Assembly: GCA_963674705.1 (NCBI GenBank)
Contig: OY771506.1
Span: 1,184,001-1,248,000 of the forward strand
Direction of reading: 5' to 3'
Length of the DNA stretch: 64,000 nt
Source: Phycisphaeraceae bacterium
Lineage (GTDB): Bacteria; Planctomycetota; Phycisphaerae; Phycisphaerales; Phycisphaeraceae
Below, piece by piece: positions 8,592-17,744 of the stretch (positions are counted from its first letter, which is position 1; each line of letters begins with the position of its first letter). The translations under genes and the position numbers were made by a program. The notes under the pieces were generated by a model. It was not told the DNA's origin, did no database searches, and saw only the letters and a program-made list of their open reading frames with translations.

Positions 8592-10967
8592 TCAACGTAA
8601 TGGCAGGTCCAGGCTGAAGCTGACGATCTGAGTCTGGTCTCCATCCTCCTTCATGATCGGGGCCGCCACATCCAGGGCAAACGGCGCCGAGCCAAAGAAA
8701 GGCACTTTGATCCGCAGACCCGTGCCCACGGAGACGCGCCAGTCGTCCACGCTAGGTTCATCGGTGAGCGTGCCCATATCCGTGAAAAATACGCCACGGA
8801 GCACTTCGCTGTAGATCGGGTAGTTGTATTCCAGGCCAGTGGTCAGCAGCCATTCATCGCCGACCGCATCGTCGCCATATTGTCCGTTGTCGCTGCGGAT
8901 GCCGCGTTGGCCTACGCCACGGAATTCAAAACCGCGGAACGTGTTGTGACCGCCAAGGTACAGGCGTTCGAAGAACGGGGCCTCATCATCTTCAGGGATC
9001 CACGATGCGCCGATGCGCCAGCTCAGGACGGTGCGCCGGCCGAAGAAGTCTTCATCGACGGTCCAGAACTGCTTGAATTCGGAGCTGATCCTGGAGAAGT
9101 CGTAATCGCCGCCGATCAGGCCGACCCGTTCGACATTGAATTGCCATTGGTTACCGCGCGTCGGGAACAGCCGGCTGTCGGTGGTGTTGCGTACGAACCC
9201 GAAGCCGACCGCGGTCACATTGCTCTTGCCTTCGACCGCGTAGACATCGACCGGGGCGTCTTCTTCGATATCGGTGATATCAACGTTCGCGGTTCGTAGC
9301 GATGTGGATGCCGACCAGACGTCGCCGAAGCTGCGTCCGAACGAGAAGCTGGTGCCGAGGCGTTCTTCGTCGTAGGCGTTGTACTGGCGATTGTAGAGGA
9401 ACAGTGAAGTGCCGAACGAATAATCTGATTCCATGAGGTGTGGTTCGCGGAACGAGACGGAGTATCGGCTGACTTCACTACCGGGTTGCAGCGAGAGGGC
9501 GAATGACTGACCCGCGCCGCGAAAGGCCCGGCCGGTCAATAGCTCTTTAGGCGTCTGCGGCACGTCGGTGATATCAAAGTTGCGCTGATTCAGATCGATC
9601 GCACCGAGCAGGCCGGCGTCGGAACTCAGCCCCGCGCCGAAGCTGACCGAGCCGGTGGTGGCTTCTGTCACATCAATAAGCACGTCGCGTGAACCGTCGC
9701 GCGGTTCGCCGAGGATGGTGACTGTGCCCTCGCTGAACAGTCGGCCGTCGGTCAGTAAACGACGTGTCCGATCGACGCCGGTTGCGTCGAAGTTTCTGCC
9801 GGGGTCCATCCCGCGCAGTTCACGGAGCACGACCTTCTGACGCGTCAATTCGTTACCGGTGATGCTGACCTTGCCGACGACTGAGGGCAGGCCCTGATTG
9901 ATGCGCACGACCAGGTCGACCAGCGCATCGTTTTCGTGTGGCAAGGCGGTGATGCCGACGCGCACATCCAGGTAACCGAGTTGGCCCAGCAGGCTTTCGA
10001 TGTTCTCGGCTGATTTTCCGACTTGATCCTGCGAGAACACATCACCCGGCGAGAGCGTCATGTTCTGACGGATCTGTGCGTCCGGCAGCAGGCGATCATC
10101 ATCCTGATCCGGCGGTTCGATGCGGACTTCCGAGACCAGGTATCGCCGACCTTCTTCGACCAGGAACGTGACGACCGCGTTTTTTTCATCCGGCGACAGG
10201 TCGATACGTCGGCCGACCTGTGCATCGAGATAACCCCGCGCCTGGTAGAACTCGCGTACGCCTGCGGCATCCAACTCCAACTGCTCGCGGTTCAGGTCGC
10301 CCTTCTGCAAGATGAAGAAGTATTCCTTGCTGCGCAGTTTGCTCTTGAGTTGTTTCTTGGTGTAGCTGGTATTGCCTTCGAAGCGGATGCCCTTGATCTT
10401 GACGCGCGGGCCTTCACGGATGGTATAGACCAGGGCCTTGGATTCCTCCAGCAGCTCTTTATCAACGGAAACATCCGCGACGAAGTATCCCTTGTCATGG
10501 TAGGCGCTGACGATCCGGTCCAGGCCCTGCTGAATCAGGAACGGGTCGGAAGGATCGCCCGGCCTAAGCAGCACCATCTTCAGGATTTCGGCGTCATTGA
10601 TGGCCTTATTGCCGACGACTTGCACGTCGCTGAGCACGGGTTGCTCGGAGACGTCGAAGATGAGGATGACCGAGCCGTCGGGCCAGGGCTCGACGCGTGC
10701 GGTGATTTTGTCGAACCGGCCGAGGTGCGTCAGTCGGACGATATCGTTGGAGACGGTGCTTGAGTTGTAGGGTTGGCCGACCTCGGAGCGTAGCTGGTTG
10801 CGGACCAGTTGCTCGGAGACTTCTTTCAGGCCGTCGATGCGGATCTGGGCGATGGGCCGGTTTTCGGGATCGATACCCTGTGCGTTGGCTTGGCCGGCTG
10901 TTAGCACCAGGCTCAGGATCAGCCCCACAATGACCGTGATCTGCCGCGTGATGGTCGGATGATTCAT
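8592..10967 (-). CDS. bamA: Outer membrane protein assembly factor BamA
   Basis: POTRA repeats, FRGFEFRG motif, C-terminal beta-barrel. Confidence 0.95.
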   Translation of the reverse strand: MNHPTITRQITVIVGLILSLVLTAGQANAQGIDPENRPIAQIRIDGLKEVSEQLVRNQLRSEVGQPYNSSTVSNDIVRLTHLGRFDKITARVEPWPDGSVILIFDVSEQPVLSDVQVVGNKAINDAEILKMVLLRPGDPSDPFLIQQGLDRIVSAYHDKGYFVADVSVDKELLEESKALVYTIREGPRVKIKGIRFEGNTSYTKKQLKSKLRSKEYFFILQKGDLNREQLELDAAGVREFYQARGYLDAQVGRRIDLSPDEKNAVVTFLVEEGRRYLVSEVRIEPPDQDDDRLLPDAQIRQNMTLSPGDVFSQDQVGKSAENIESLLGQLGYLDVRVGITALPHENDALVDLVVRINQGLPSVVGKVSITGNELTRQKVVLRELRGMDPGRNFDATGVDRTRRLLTDGRLFSEGTVTILGEPRDGSRDVLIDVTEATTGSVSFGAGLSSDAGLLGAIDLNQRNFDITDVPQTPKELLTGRAFRGAGQSFALSLQPGSEVSRYSVSFREPHLMESDYSFGTSLFLYNRQYNAYDEERLGTSFSFGRSFGDVWSASTSLRTANVDITDIEEDAPVDVYAVEGKSNVTAVGFGFVRNTTDSRLFPTRGNQWQFNVERVGLIGGDYDFSRISSEFKQFWTVDEDFFGRRTVLSWRIGASWIPEDDEAPFFERLYLGGHNTFRGFEFRGVGQRGIRSDNGQYGDDAVGDEWLLTTGLEYNYPIYSEVLRGVFFTDMGTLTDEPSVDDWRVSVGTGLRIKVPFFGSAPFALDVAAPIMKEDGDQTQIVSFSLDLPLR

Positions 10968-11366
10968 ATAGAAGACAGCCTGATCGTGTGCTACCTACCG
11001 GGTCAAAGCGAGAGTGTAATCGAAAGGACCCGGTTATGGCGAGCCAAGGCTGTCTATGGCAGTTGTCGGGGCTTACGCTTGTCCTGATCCGATAGATACT
11101 TGCCGCTGAGGGATGCGGTCCCTAGACTAATGAGCCTCAACAGGGATCGTTGAGGTGGGTGCGGGACTCCACCTAGCAGCGCCGTGACCTTTCCGGGCCC
11201 CAGGGCCGACCGCGACGAACCGGTGTTATCGGCCTGTGAAGCGCTTGCGTGCGTTTTGTCGATTATAAGCCAATAATAAAACTAAGGTTATCAATGTGTA
11301 CCGGGTGGCTGGGGTTGACGCTCGCCCAGGTTCGATAGCCGGAAGTCAAGAATCGAAGGACCCTCG

Positions 11367-12473
11367 ATGACCACCACCACTGAGGACAAGGTGATGCCCA
11401 TGGCCTCGGACCAGCTACCGACCGACAAACTGATGGACATGCTCTATCAGATGATGCTCATCCGCCGATTCGAAGAGCGGACGATGCAGGCGTACCAGCA
11501 GGCGAAGATCGGCGGGTTCTGCCACATCTACATCGGCCAGGAGGCCACCGCAGTCGGGGCGATCGCCGCCCTGAAGGATGACGACCCGGTGATCACCGCC
11601 TACCGCGATCACGGCCACGCCCTGGCACGCGGGATGCACCCCAACTACTGCATGGCGGAGATGTACGGCAAGATCACCGGTTGTGCCAAGGGTAAGGGCG
11701 GGTCGATGCATATGTTCGACAAGCCTCACCACATGTACGGCGGCCACGCGATCGTCGGCGGGCAGTGTCCGCTGGGTGTCGGGCTGGCGTTCGCTTCTCA
11801 GTATGAAAAGAAAGACAACGTCACGGTCTGCTTCTTCGGCGACGGTGCGATCAACCAGGGCGCGTTCCACGAAGCGATGAACCTCGCGGCGATCTGGAAC
11901 CTGCCGATCCTCTTTGTGGTTGAGAACAACGGCTACTCGATGGGTACCGCGATCAACCGCGGGACCGCTGCGGCCGACAATCTCGGCGCGAAGGCGGCGG
12001 CGTACGGCATGCGTTACGCCGAGTGCGACGGCATGGACGTGCTGGACACGTACAAAGTCTTCAAACGCGAAGCCGATGCGTCGCGAGGCAGCACGAGCAG
12101 CGCCCTCGGCCTTGAAGATGCCGGCGGAGGCCCCTGCTTCATCAACGCCAAGACCTACCGCTATCAAGGCCACTCCATGAGCGACCCGCAGAAGTACCGC
12201 TCGAAGGATGAGGTCAACGAGCGCAAGGAAAAAGACTGCATCAACACGCTGGTCAACTACCTGGTCGAAAACGATCTGGCGTCACAGGATCAGATCAACG
12301 AACTGGACAAGAAAGCCAAGGTCGCCTCACGCGACGCCATCACCTACGCCGAGCGATCTCCCGACCTGCCGATGTCCGAGATGTACACGGATATCTACGC
12401 CCAACCGTACGGCCCACCGTTCGTGAAGGGCGGACTGCCGAAGATGATCACGGATGGGAATTCGGGGGAGTAG
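11367..12473 (+). CDS. pdhA: Pyruvate dehydrogenase E1 alpha
   Basis: GFCHIYIGQEA, GKGGSMH, GDGAINQG TPP motif, YRYQGHSMSDP. Confidence 0.95.
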   Translation: MTTTTEDKVMPMASDQLPTDKLMDMLYQMMLIRRFEERTMQAYQQAKIGGFCHIYIGQEATAVGAIAALKDDDPVITAYRDHGHALARGMHPNYCMAEMYGKITGCAKGKGGSMHMFDKPHHMYGGHAIVGGQCPLGVGLAFASQYEKKDNVTVCFFGDGAINQGAFHEAMNLAAIWNLPILFVVENNGYSMGTAINRGTAAADNLGAKAAAYGMRYAECDGMDVLDTYKVFKREADASRGSTSSALGLEDAGGGPCFINAKTYRYQGHSMSDPQKYRSKDEVNERKEKDCINTLVNYLVENDLASQDQINELDKKAKVASRDAITYAERSPDLPMSEMYTDIYAQPYGPPFVKGGLPKMITDGNSGE

Positions 12474-12508
12474 ATCGGGTATCGGGGTTCGGGTGTCGGG
12501 TATCGGGA
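12474..12508 (+). repeat. Left heptamer array (NTCGGGN)x5 starting at the base after pdhA TAG
   Basis: ATCGGGT ATCGGGG TTCGGGT GTCGGGT ATCGGGA. Confidence 0.95.
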
Positions 12509-12518
12509 AGATAACCGC

Positions 12519-12893
12519 ATGATGGATAACGATTCATACCGGGGTTTGGAGGTCTGGCAGGTTGCCATGGACCTCGTTGAAGAGGTTTACCGTGTAACAG
12601 CGTTGTTGCCGGAGGCCGAGAAATACGGACTAACTAGCCAATTACGAAGGGCGACTACATCCATACCCGCCAACATCGCAGAGGGTTACGGCCGATCACA
12701 CCGGGGTGATTACTTGCGCCACCTGTCGATCGCACGCGGTTCGCTAATGGAGATAGAGACTCACCTGATGATCGCGGTGAGGCTCAAACAACTGGAACGT
12801 GAGATGGCCATCCCTGCATGGCAACTCACTCAACGCGTCGGCCAGATGCTTACGAAACTCATCCAGGCCTTGAAACAAAGCGAACAGGGTTAA
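12519..12893 (+). CDS. Four helix bundle protein (23S rRNA intervening-sequence protein family)
   Basis: YRGLEVWQ..EKYGLTSQLRRA..SIPANIAEG..IARGSLMEIET signature. Confidence 0.92.
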   Translation: MMDNDSYRGLEVWQVAMDLVEEVYRVTALLPEAEKYGLTSQLRRATTSIPANIAEGYGRSHRGDYLRHLSIARGSLMEIETHLMIAVRLKQLEREMAIPAWQLTQRVGQMLTKLIQALKQSEQG

Positions 12894-12902
12894 CACACCC
12901 TC

Positions 12903-12937
12903 TTCCGATACCCGACACCCGATACCCGAAACCCGAC
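12903..12937 (+). repeat. Right heptamer array (ACCCGAN)x5 ending at the base before pdhB ATG
   Basis: TTCCGAT ACCCGAC ACCCGAT ACCCGAA ACCCGAC ATG; near reverse complement of the left array. Confidence 0.95.
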
Positions 12938-13972
12938 ATGAGAACCATCCAATATAGAGAAGCCCTCCGTGAAGCCATGCAGGAAGAGATGCGGCGTGAT
13001 GACCGTGTGTTCCTGATGGGTGAAGAGGTGGCGCAATACAACGGTGCTTACAAGGTCAGCCAGGGGATGCTCGATGAATTCGGGCCTCGGCGTGTGGTTG
13101 ACTCGCCGATCAGTGAGACCGGATTCTCCGGGCTGGGCATCGGCGCGGCGATGTACGGGCTTCGGCCGATCATCGAGTTTATGAGCTGGTCGTTCTGCCT
13201 CGTCGCGGCCGACCAGATCATCAACAACGCGCCGAAGATGCTATACATGTCAGGTGGACAATTCGGCTGCCCCGCTGTCTTCCGCGGCAACAACGGCGCG
13301 GGCGGTCAGCTTGGGTCGACGCACTCGTGGTGTGTGGAGTCGATGTTCTCCAGTGTGCCGGGGTTGAAGGTGGCGATCCCTTCGACGCCGCGTGATGCCA
13401 AGGGTTTGTTGAAGACGGCTATCCGGGATGAAGACCCTGTGTTCAATCTCGAATCCGAACGCATGCTCGGTTTGGGCGCGCGTGGCGAGAAGGATTTTTC
13501 TCGGTATATCAAGGACAATTGGGCCCCGCCGACGGTTGAAGAGGATGAGGATTTTAAGATCCCGTTCGGTGTCGCGGACATCAAGAAGCCCGGCAAGGAC
13601 GTCACCATCGTCGCCGCCGGCCGGCCGGTGCACTTTGCATTAGAAGCTGCTGAAGAACTTGAGAAGCAAGGCATCGATTGCGAAGTCATTGACCCGCGTA
13701 CGTATCGGCCGCTCGACATCGACACGATTGTACGAAGCGTACGTAAGACGAACTACTGCGTCGTCGTCGATCAGAGTTGGCCATTTGCGAGCGTCGGCGC
13801 GGAGATCGCGGCGCAGGTATATGAAAACGCGCTCGATGATTTGGATAACAAGGTGATCCGCGTCAACAACGACGACATCCCCGCCCCCTACAACCGCACG
13901 ATGGAACAGGAGATGCTCCCGAACGCGAAGAAGATCGTGGAGGCGGTGAAAGCGGTGACGTATAACAACTGA
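12938..13972 (+). CDS. pdhB: Pyruvate dehydrogenase E1 beta
   Basis: MRTIQYREAL, GEEVAQYNGAYK, PISETGF, RPIIEFM. Confidence 0.95.
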   Translation: MRTIQYREALREAMQEEMRRDDRVFLMGEEVAQYNGAYKVSQGMLDEFGPRRVVDSPISETGFSGLGIGAAMYGLRPIIEFMSWSFCLVAADQIINNAPKMLYMSGGQFGCPAVFRGNNGAGGQLGSTHSWCVESMFSSVPGLKVAIPSTPRDAKGLLKTAIRDEDPVFNLESERMLGLGARGEKDFSRYIKDNWAPPTVEEDEDFKIPFGVADIKKPGKDVTIVAAGRPVHFALEAAEELEKQGIDCEVIDPRTYRPLDIDTIVRSVRKTNYCVVVDQSWPFASVGAEIAAQVYENALDDLDNKVIRVNNDDIPAPYNRTMEQEMLPNAKKIVEAVKAVTYNN

Positions 13973-14065
13973 GCGCGTTACGTTCACACCTTATCCGAGC
14001 CGCGTCGCCCCCGATGCGGTCCGCCGTGGGGGCACGGCGGCTCAGTTATGTGATGTATTTTCCAC

Positions 14066-15370
14066 CTAATCACTCGGCCACAGTTTCTCCTGCAAGTCGC
14101 CGAAGGTGAACGTGATATCTGTGCCTTCCTCATTTTGCACACCCCGGGCACTTTTGCGTCTTCCCCCGTTGTCAACGGCGTCATAACCCGTGCTGTAAAC
14201 AATAGCGCCGTCACCTTCCAAACGGTAACACAGCGGTTGGTTGGTAAACGGATCATCCGGCAAGGCATCAATAAAAGCCGGGACAAGGTCTTGAAGGCGG
14301 GCCGGTAGTTGCCCGTGTGCCTGCCGGTACTGTTCCACGGCGATACCGACCAGGGTCACACGGCGGCGCGATTCATTCTCGAAGCAGTGTCTGTGTAATT
14401 CTGCAAACGCGTGAACGATGTGGCGTGAGATCCTGCAATACGCGGGCAATTGATCAGGCAGATTCAACGGTGTAGGTGAGGGCCAATAAGGGTCCTTGAT
14501 GTAGTCAGCCTGTGACTGCATCAGCTTGAGAAAGTAGCTTTTGTCAAAGTCCTCCAAACCCAGAAGTCGATGTATCAGGGTGCCTGCTTCAGATAGTTTG
14601 TGGCCAGAGGGAATTGTTCCGGGATTGTCAAAAGCGTTCATCCCGAAGCACCGCTCCCCCACCACCGCCCGTGCTATCACTGTCCACGTATCGATCGAAT
14701 CAATCACTTCGGCCAACCTCTTCAGCATACCCTTGCTCACACAACCACTAGCGACAACGACCTCGGCCTGTTCAAACATCATTTCGTAGATGGCGCGACC
14801 AGCCGAGTTGGATATGAGTATGGGTTCATTACGTAACGAATTGCCAAGTGCGATCCCAGTAAGGCAATCCTCGGCGGCGTGATCGTATTCACCACGCAAC
14901 GAATGCAAAACCGATTGCATCCTCAAGATGCGCGCCCCTTTCATTAAACAACCCAGGTGCGGCAACAGCAGAGCATACCCTTCTTCTACGTTGCCCGGGT
15001 AGCGGCAGCCTTCAATCTTTGCCGCGTCAGTCAACAGGGCAATCACATCGGTGAACTGTGCTAGATAAGACTCAAGCCGCTGAGTCGTGTCGTGATCAAA
15101 CGACTTGTCCGATCGGTATTGGCATACAGCGAGTTCAAGAGATTGGGTGTCGTCGGAATTCAAATTTTCGGGTATACCTTCGAAAGCCCGGCAATACACA
15201 TCGGCGGCGTTTTGGCCCTCTGGCTTGGTATACCAGTCGTTCAGTTCCGCCAGCGTGATCGGCAAGCCAGCTTCGCGTATGGCGGCAACATGCCGTTGCA
15301 ATAAGCAGCGCAGCACGAGCCCGTACACGACGAACAGAACGCTCAATGTCGCTACGATATAAAGGAACAT
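14066..15370 (-). CDS. Membrane-anchored hypothetical protein with GspG-like C-terminus
   Basis: N-terminal TM helix; C-terminal YRQAHGQLP..LVP..LPDDPF..YSTGYDAVDNGG. Confidence 0.7.
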   Translation of the reverse strand: MFLYIVATLSVLFVVYGLVLRCLLQRHVAAIREAGLPITLAELNDWYTKPEGQNAADVYCRAFEGIPENLNSDDTQSLELAVCQYRSDKSFDHDTTQRLESYLAQFTDVIALLTDAAKIEGCRYPGNVEEGYALLLPHLGCLMKGARILRMQSVLHSLRGEYDHAAEDCLTGIALGNSLRNEPILISNSAGRAIYEMMFEQAEVVVASGCVSKGMLKRLAEVIDSIDTWTVIARAVVGERCFGMNAFDNPGTIPSGHKLSEAGTLIHRLLGLEDFDKSYFLKLMQSQADYIKDPYWPSPTPLNLPDQLPAYCRISRHIVHAFAELHRHCFENESRRRVTLVGIAVEQYRQAHGQLPARLQDLVPAFIDALPDDPFTNQPLCYRLEGDGAIVYSTGYDAVDNGGRRKSARGVQNEEGTDITFTFGDLQEKLWPSD

Positions 15371-15477
15371 ACGGCCCCCTTTAACATGTGTATTCCGCAA
15401 ACGCCCAGCACCATTCGTGTCTGGTCATATTGCCGTTGCATACGCGACGCCGCCTCTTGCTGATCCGGCGGCGATGT

Positions 15478-16431
15478 TCAGAGCAATACCACGTCCGGGT
15501 CAACCATCTCGTCGCGTCCGGCGGTTTTGGCCGCGGTGCGGTAGCCTTGGCGCAGGGAGCCGTGCGACCATAGGCCGTCCGGGGCGAGAACGATCAGGCC
15601 GATCTGGTGCTCCTCTTTTAAGACGTAGGCCTCGGCGGCGCGTTGCAGGACGGCTTGAACGGCTTGCCGGGGTGTGCCGCCGCGTCTTAGTTCTTCGACG
15701 GCCAGAAAAGAAGCGTTGATGCCCATGATCAGTTCGCCCGTGCCGGTGGCGACGGCGGCACCGTGTTTGGGGTCGACGTACAGGCCGTGGCCGATAATGG
15801 GTGAGTCACCGACGCGGCCGGGGCGTTTGAAGGCGAGGCCGCTGGTGGTGCAGGCACCGGCGAGCGTACCGCTTTGTTCGAGCGCAAGGCAACCGATGGT
15901 GTCGTGATGGCGGTTGTGCGGCAGCGATTCGCCGCCGTCCGCGGCAGGCGGCGGTAAACTCGATTCTTCAAAGTTGGATGCCTGTGTGTGCAGGCGTTGA
16001 CGCGCCTCGTCGGGGTGTTCGGCGAGCCACTTCTGATAAGCCTGACGCGCGCGATCTGTGAGCAACTCGGTTGGTTTCAGGCCGTGCATCGCGGCGAGGC
16101 GTTCAGCGCCTTCACCGACGAGCATGACGTGGCTGGTGTGTTCCATGACGAGGCGGGCGATGGTGACGGGATTTTTGTAGCGTTTGACAGCGGCGACCGA
16201 CCCGCAGCGATCGGGGCCGAGCATAATCGACGCGTCAAGTGAGACTTCGCCCGCGGCATCGGGGAAACCACCGAATCCGACAGTGGTGACGGCCGGGTCG
16301 TCCTCCGCGGTGCGACACGCTTGTTCCACAGCATCGAGCGCGCCTATTTTCGGATCAATCAGTATCGGCCAAGCGATATGGTTGGCGCGCTGTCCGAAGG
16401 ACCATGTGCTCAGGAGGATAGGCTGCGGCAT
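15478..16431 (-). CDS. N(4)-(beta-N-acetylglucosaminyl)-L-asparaginase / Ntn asparaginase-2 family
   Basis: STW start, HDTIG autoproteolysis site, TTSGLAFKRPGRVGDSPIIG. Confidence 0.9.
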   Translation of the reverse strand: MPQPILLSTWSFGQRANHIAWPILIDPKIGALDAVEQACRTAEDDPAVTTVGFGGFPDAAGEVSLDASIMLGPDRCGSVAAVKRYKNPVTIARLVMEHTSHVMLVGEGAERLAAMHGLKPTELLTDRARQAYQKWLAEHPDEARQRLHTQASNFEESSLPPPAADGGESLPHNRHHDTIGCLALEQSGTLAGACTTSGLAFKRPGRVGDSPIIGHGLYVDPKHGAAVATGTGELIMGINASFLAVEELRRGGTPRQAVQAVLQRAAEAYVLKEEHQIGLIVLAPDGLWSHGSLRQGYRTAAKTAGRDEMVDPDVVLL

Positions 16432-16485
16432 CGAGGCATTATCTGGGGCGCAGATGCCGATGCAAAATTTGGTGATGTTTCGCAA

Positions 16486-17439
16486 TCAAGCGGGGCTGAG
16501 GTCTCCCAGCGCGTGTGGGAACCGACCTTGGGCGCGGCGGGTCTGTTCGTTGATCACGCGGTTGCGTGTGTCAAGGATTCTGTTTCTGTATTTGTTGGCA
16601 AGGCGCATGATGACGGGGTTGTTGCTGTCGCGTGTATTCAGTTCGAGATACCACGCGGGCACATTGGCGCTATCAATGCGTAGTGTGTCTTTGAGTTGTG
16701 TCAGGTTCTGGTCTGTCAGTTGGCCACTGGCCAGAAGCCGCTCCGCCAGATTGCGGGCGTCTTCGCGGATGCGGAATGACGTGTAGGCCGAGATGAGTGT
16801 GGGCTCCTGATAGATGGCATCGGCGATACACATGATCTGGCCTACGCGTTGGCAGGCCTCGGCAGTACGGTTGCGGTCGAGTTCGGATAAAGCCGCCATG
16901 CACAGCAAACGAGCGGCGATCCGCATGTTCTGGTGGTGGTACGAAAGGTAAGGCTCGCCGTTGTCGCAGATACAGACATCGAACCGGCACTGTTTGATGC
17001 CGGTGGCCTGCTCGATCAACGTAAGTGATTCGCTGTTTTGGTTAATCAGCTCGAGGATGCGTTTGGCTTGAGAGCGTGAAAGCTGATTGGGCAGATCAGG
17101 CAGATAGTCGTTCATGATCAGTTCGAAGTTCCGGCCGTCTTCGTCTTCCTGGTATTCCCGGAAAGCGCGCACGTAGATGTTCGCGGCGTTGGGTCCCTCC
17201 ACGGCGGGGTACCAGGTATCGAGCCGTTGCCAAGTCAGTTGATGTTCCGGGTAGCCGAAGTCGCTGTGTTGAGCCAGCGGGTTGTAGCCAGTAAAGATCA
17301 GGCACGCGATGAAACCAGCGGCGATGGAGCAAACGAACAACGAAACGAAACCGGTGCAGCATGGACCGGATAGCGGAAGAGGATCAGTATGGTCCGATCG
17401 GAATTTGCGTTTGATCCCAGACAAGCAAATCTGTGGCAT
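16486..17439 (-). CDS. Shorter paralog of 14066..15370, possibly degenerate
   Basis: Shares WY..EG.NAA..Y.RAF, EP.LIS and EQ.R.A.G..P..L.DL.PA; C-terminal part absent. Confidence 0.55.
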   Translation of the reverse strand: MPQICLSGIKRKFRSDHTDPLPLSGPCCTGFVSLFVCSIAAGFIACLIFTGYNPLAQHSDFGYPEHQLTWQRLDTWYPAVEGPNAANIYVRAFREYQEDEDGRNFELIMNDYLPDLPNQLSRSQAKRILELINQNSESLTLIEQATGIKQCRFDVCICDNGEPYLSYHHQNMRIAARLLCMAALSELDRNRTAEACQRVGQIMCIADAIYQEPTLISAYTSFRIREDARNLAERLLASGQLTDQNLTQLKDTLRIDSANVPAWYLELNTRDSNNPVIMRLANKYRNRILDTRNRVINEQTRRAQGRFPHALGDLSPA

Positions 17440-17744
17440 GACACACCCCCTGGCGACGAAAGATCGGGACAGGCGACTCCGGTTTTATTTTTGGACCCCC
17501 AATACCCCCGGGCGGTTCCACCTAATGGGTCGTCCAGCCAATCATTAGGCCCTTCTATCCTGATAGACGCAGCCAAACAGATTTTTGACTTGCCGATTTG
17601 CAGGAAATGTTAGAAATCATGAGATTGGCTGTGAATCCTCGCTCGGGTCAACGTGCCGGAGGGGGATTCTTCGGCTACGATATGGCGACTGGGCGGATGC
17701 CCAAACTCTAATAATAAACCCCCAACGCACAGGAGCCCCACCGG

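Noticed and set aside
4324..10967. Lipid A/BamA operon and lpxC-fabZ fusion as a novelty
   Set aside because: Established features of diderm bacteria, including Planctomycetota.
11100..11366. Possible ncRNA or riboswitch upstream of pdhA (overlapping hairpins at about 11135-11175)
   Set aside because: No recognisable family motif; an Rfam scan would be needed.
12519..12893. Four-helix-bundle gene as part of a diversity-generating retroelement
   Set aside because: No reverse transcriptase and no template/variable repeat pair was seen in the window.
12818..12937. ORF-track N-terminal extensions such as PIPDTRYPKPD on pdhB and the epimerase
   Set aside because: They are translations of the repeat arrays; homology begins at the downstream ATG.
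13460..13560. Short insertions in PdhB (and in PdhA near 12080-12130)
   Set aside because: No repeat, intein or compositional signal; probably lineage-specific loops.
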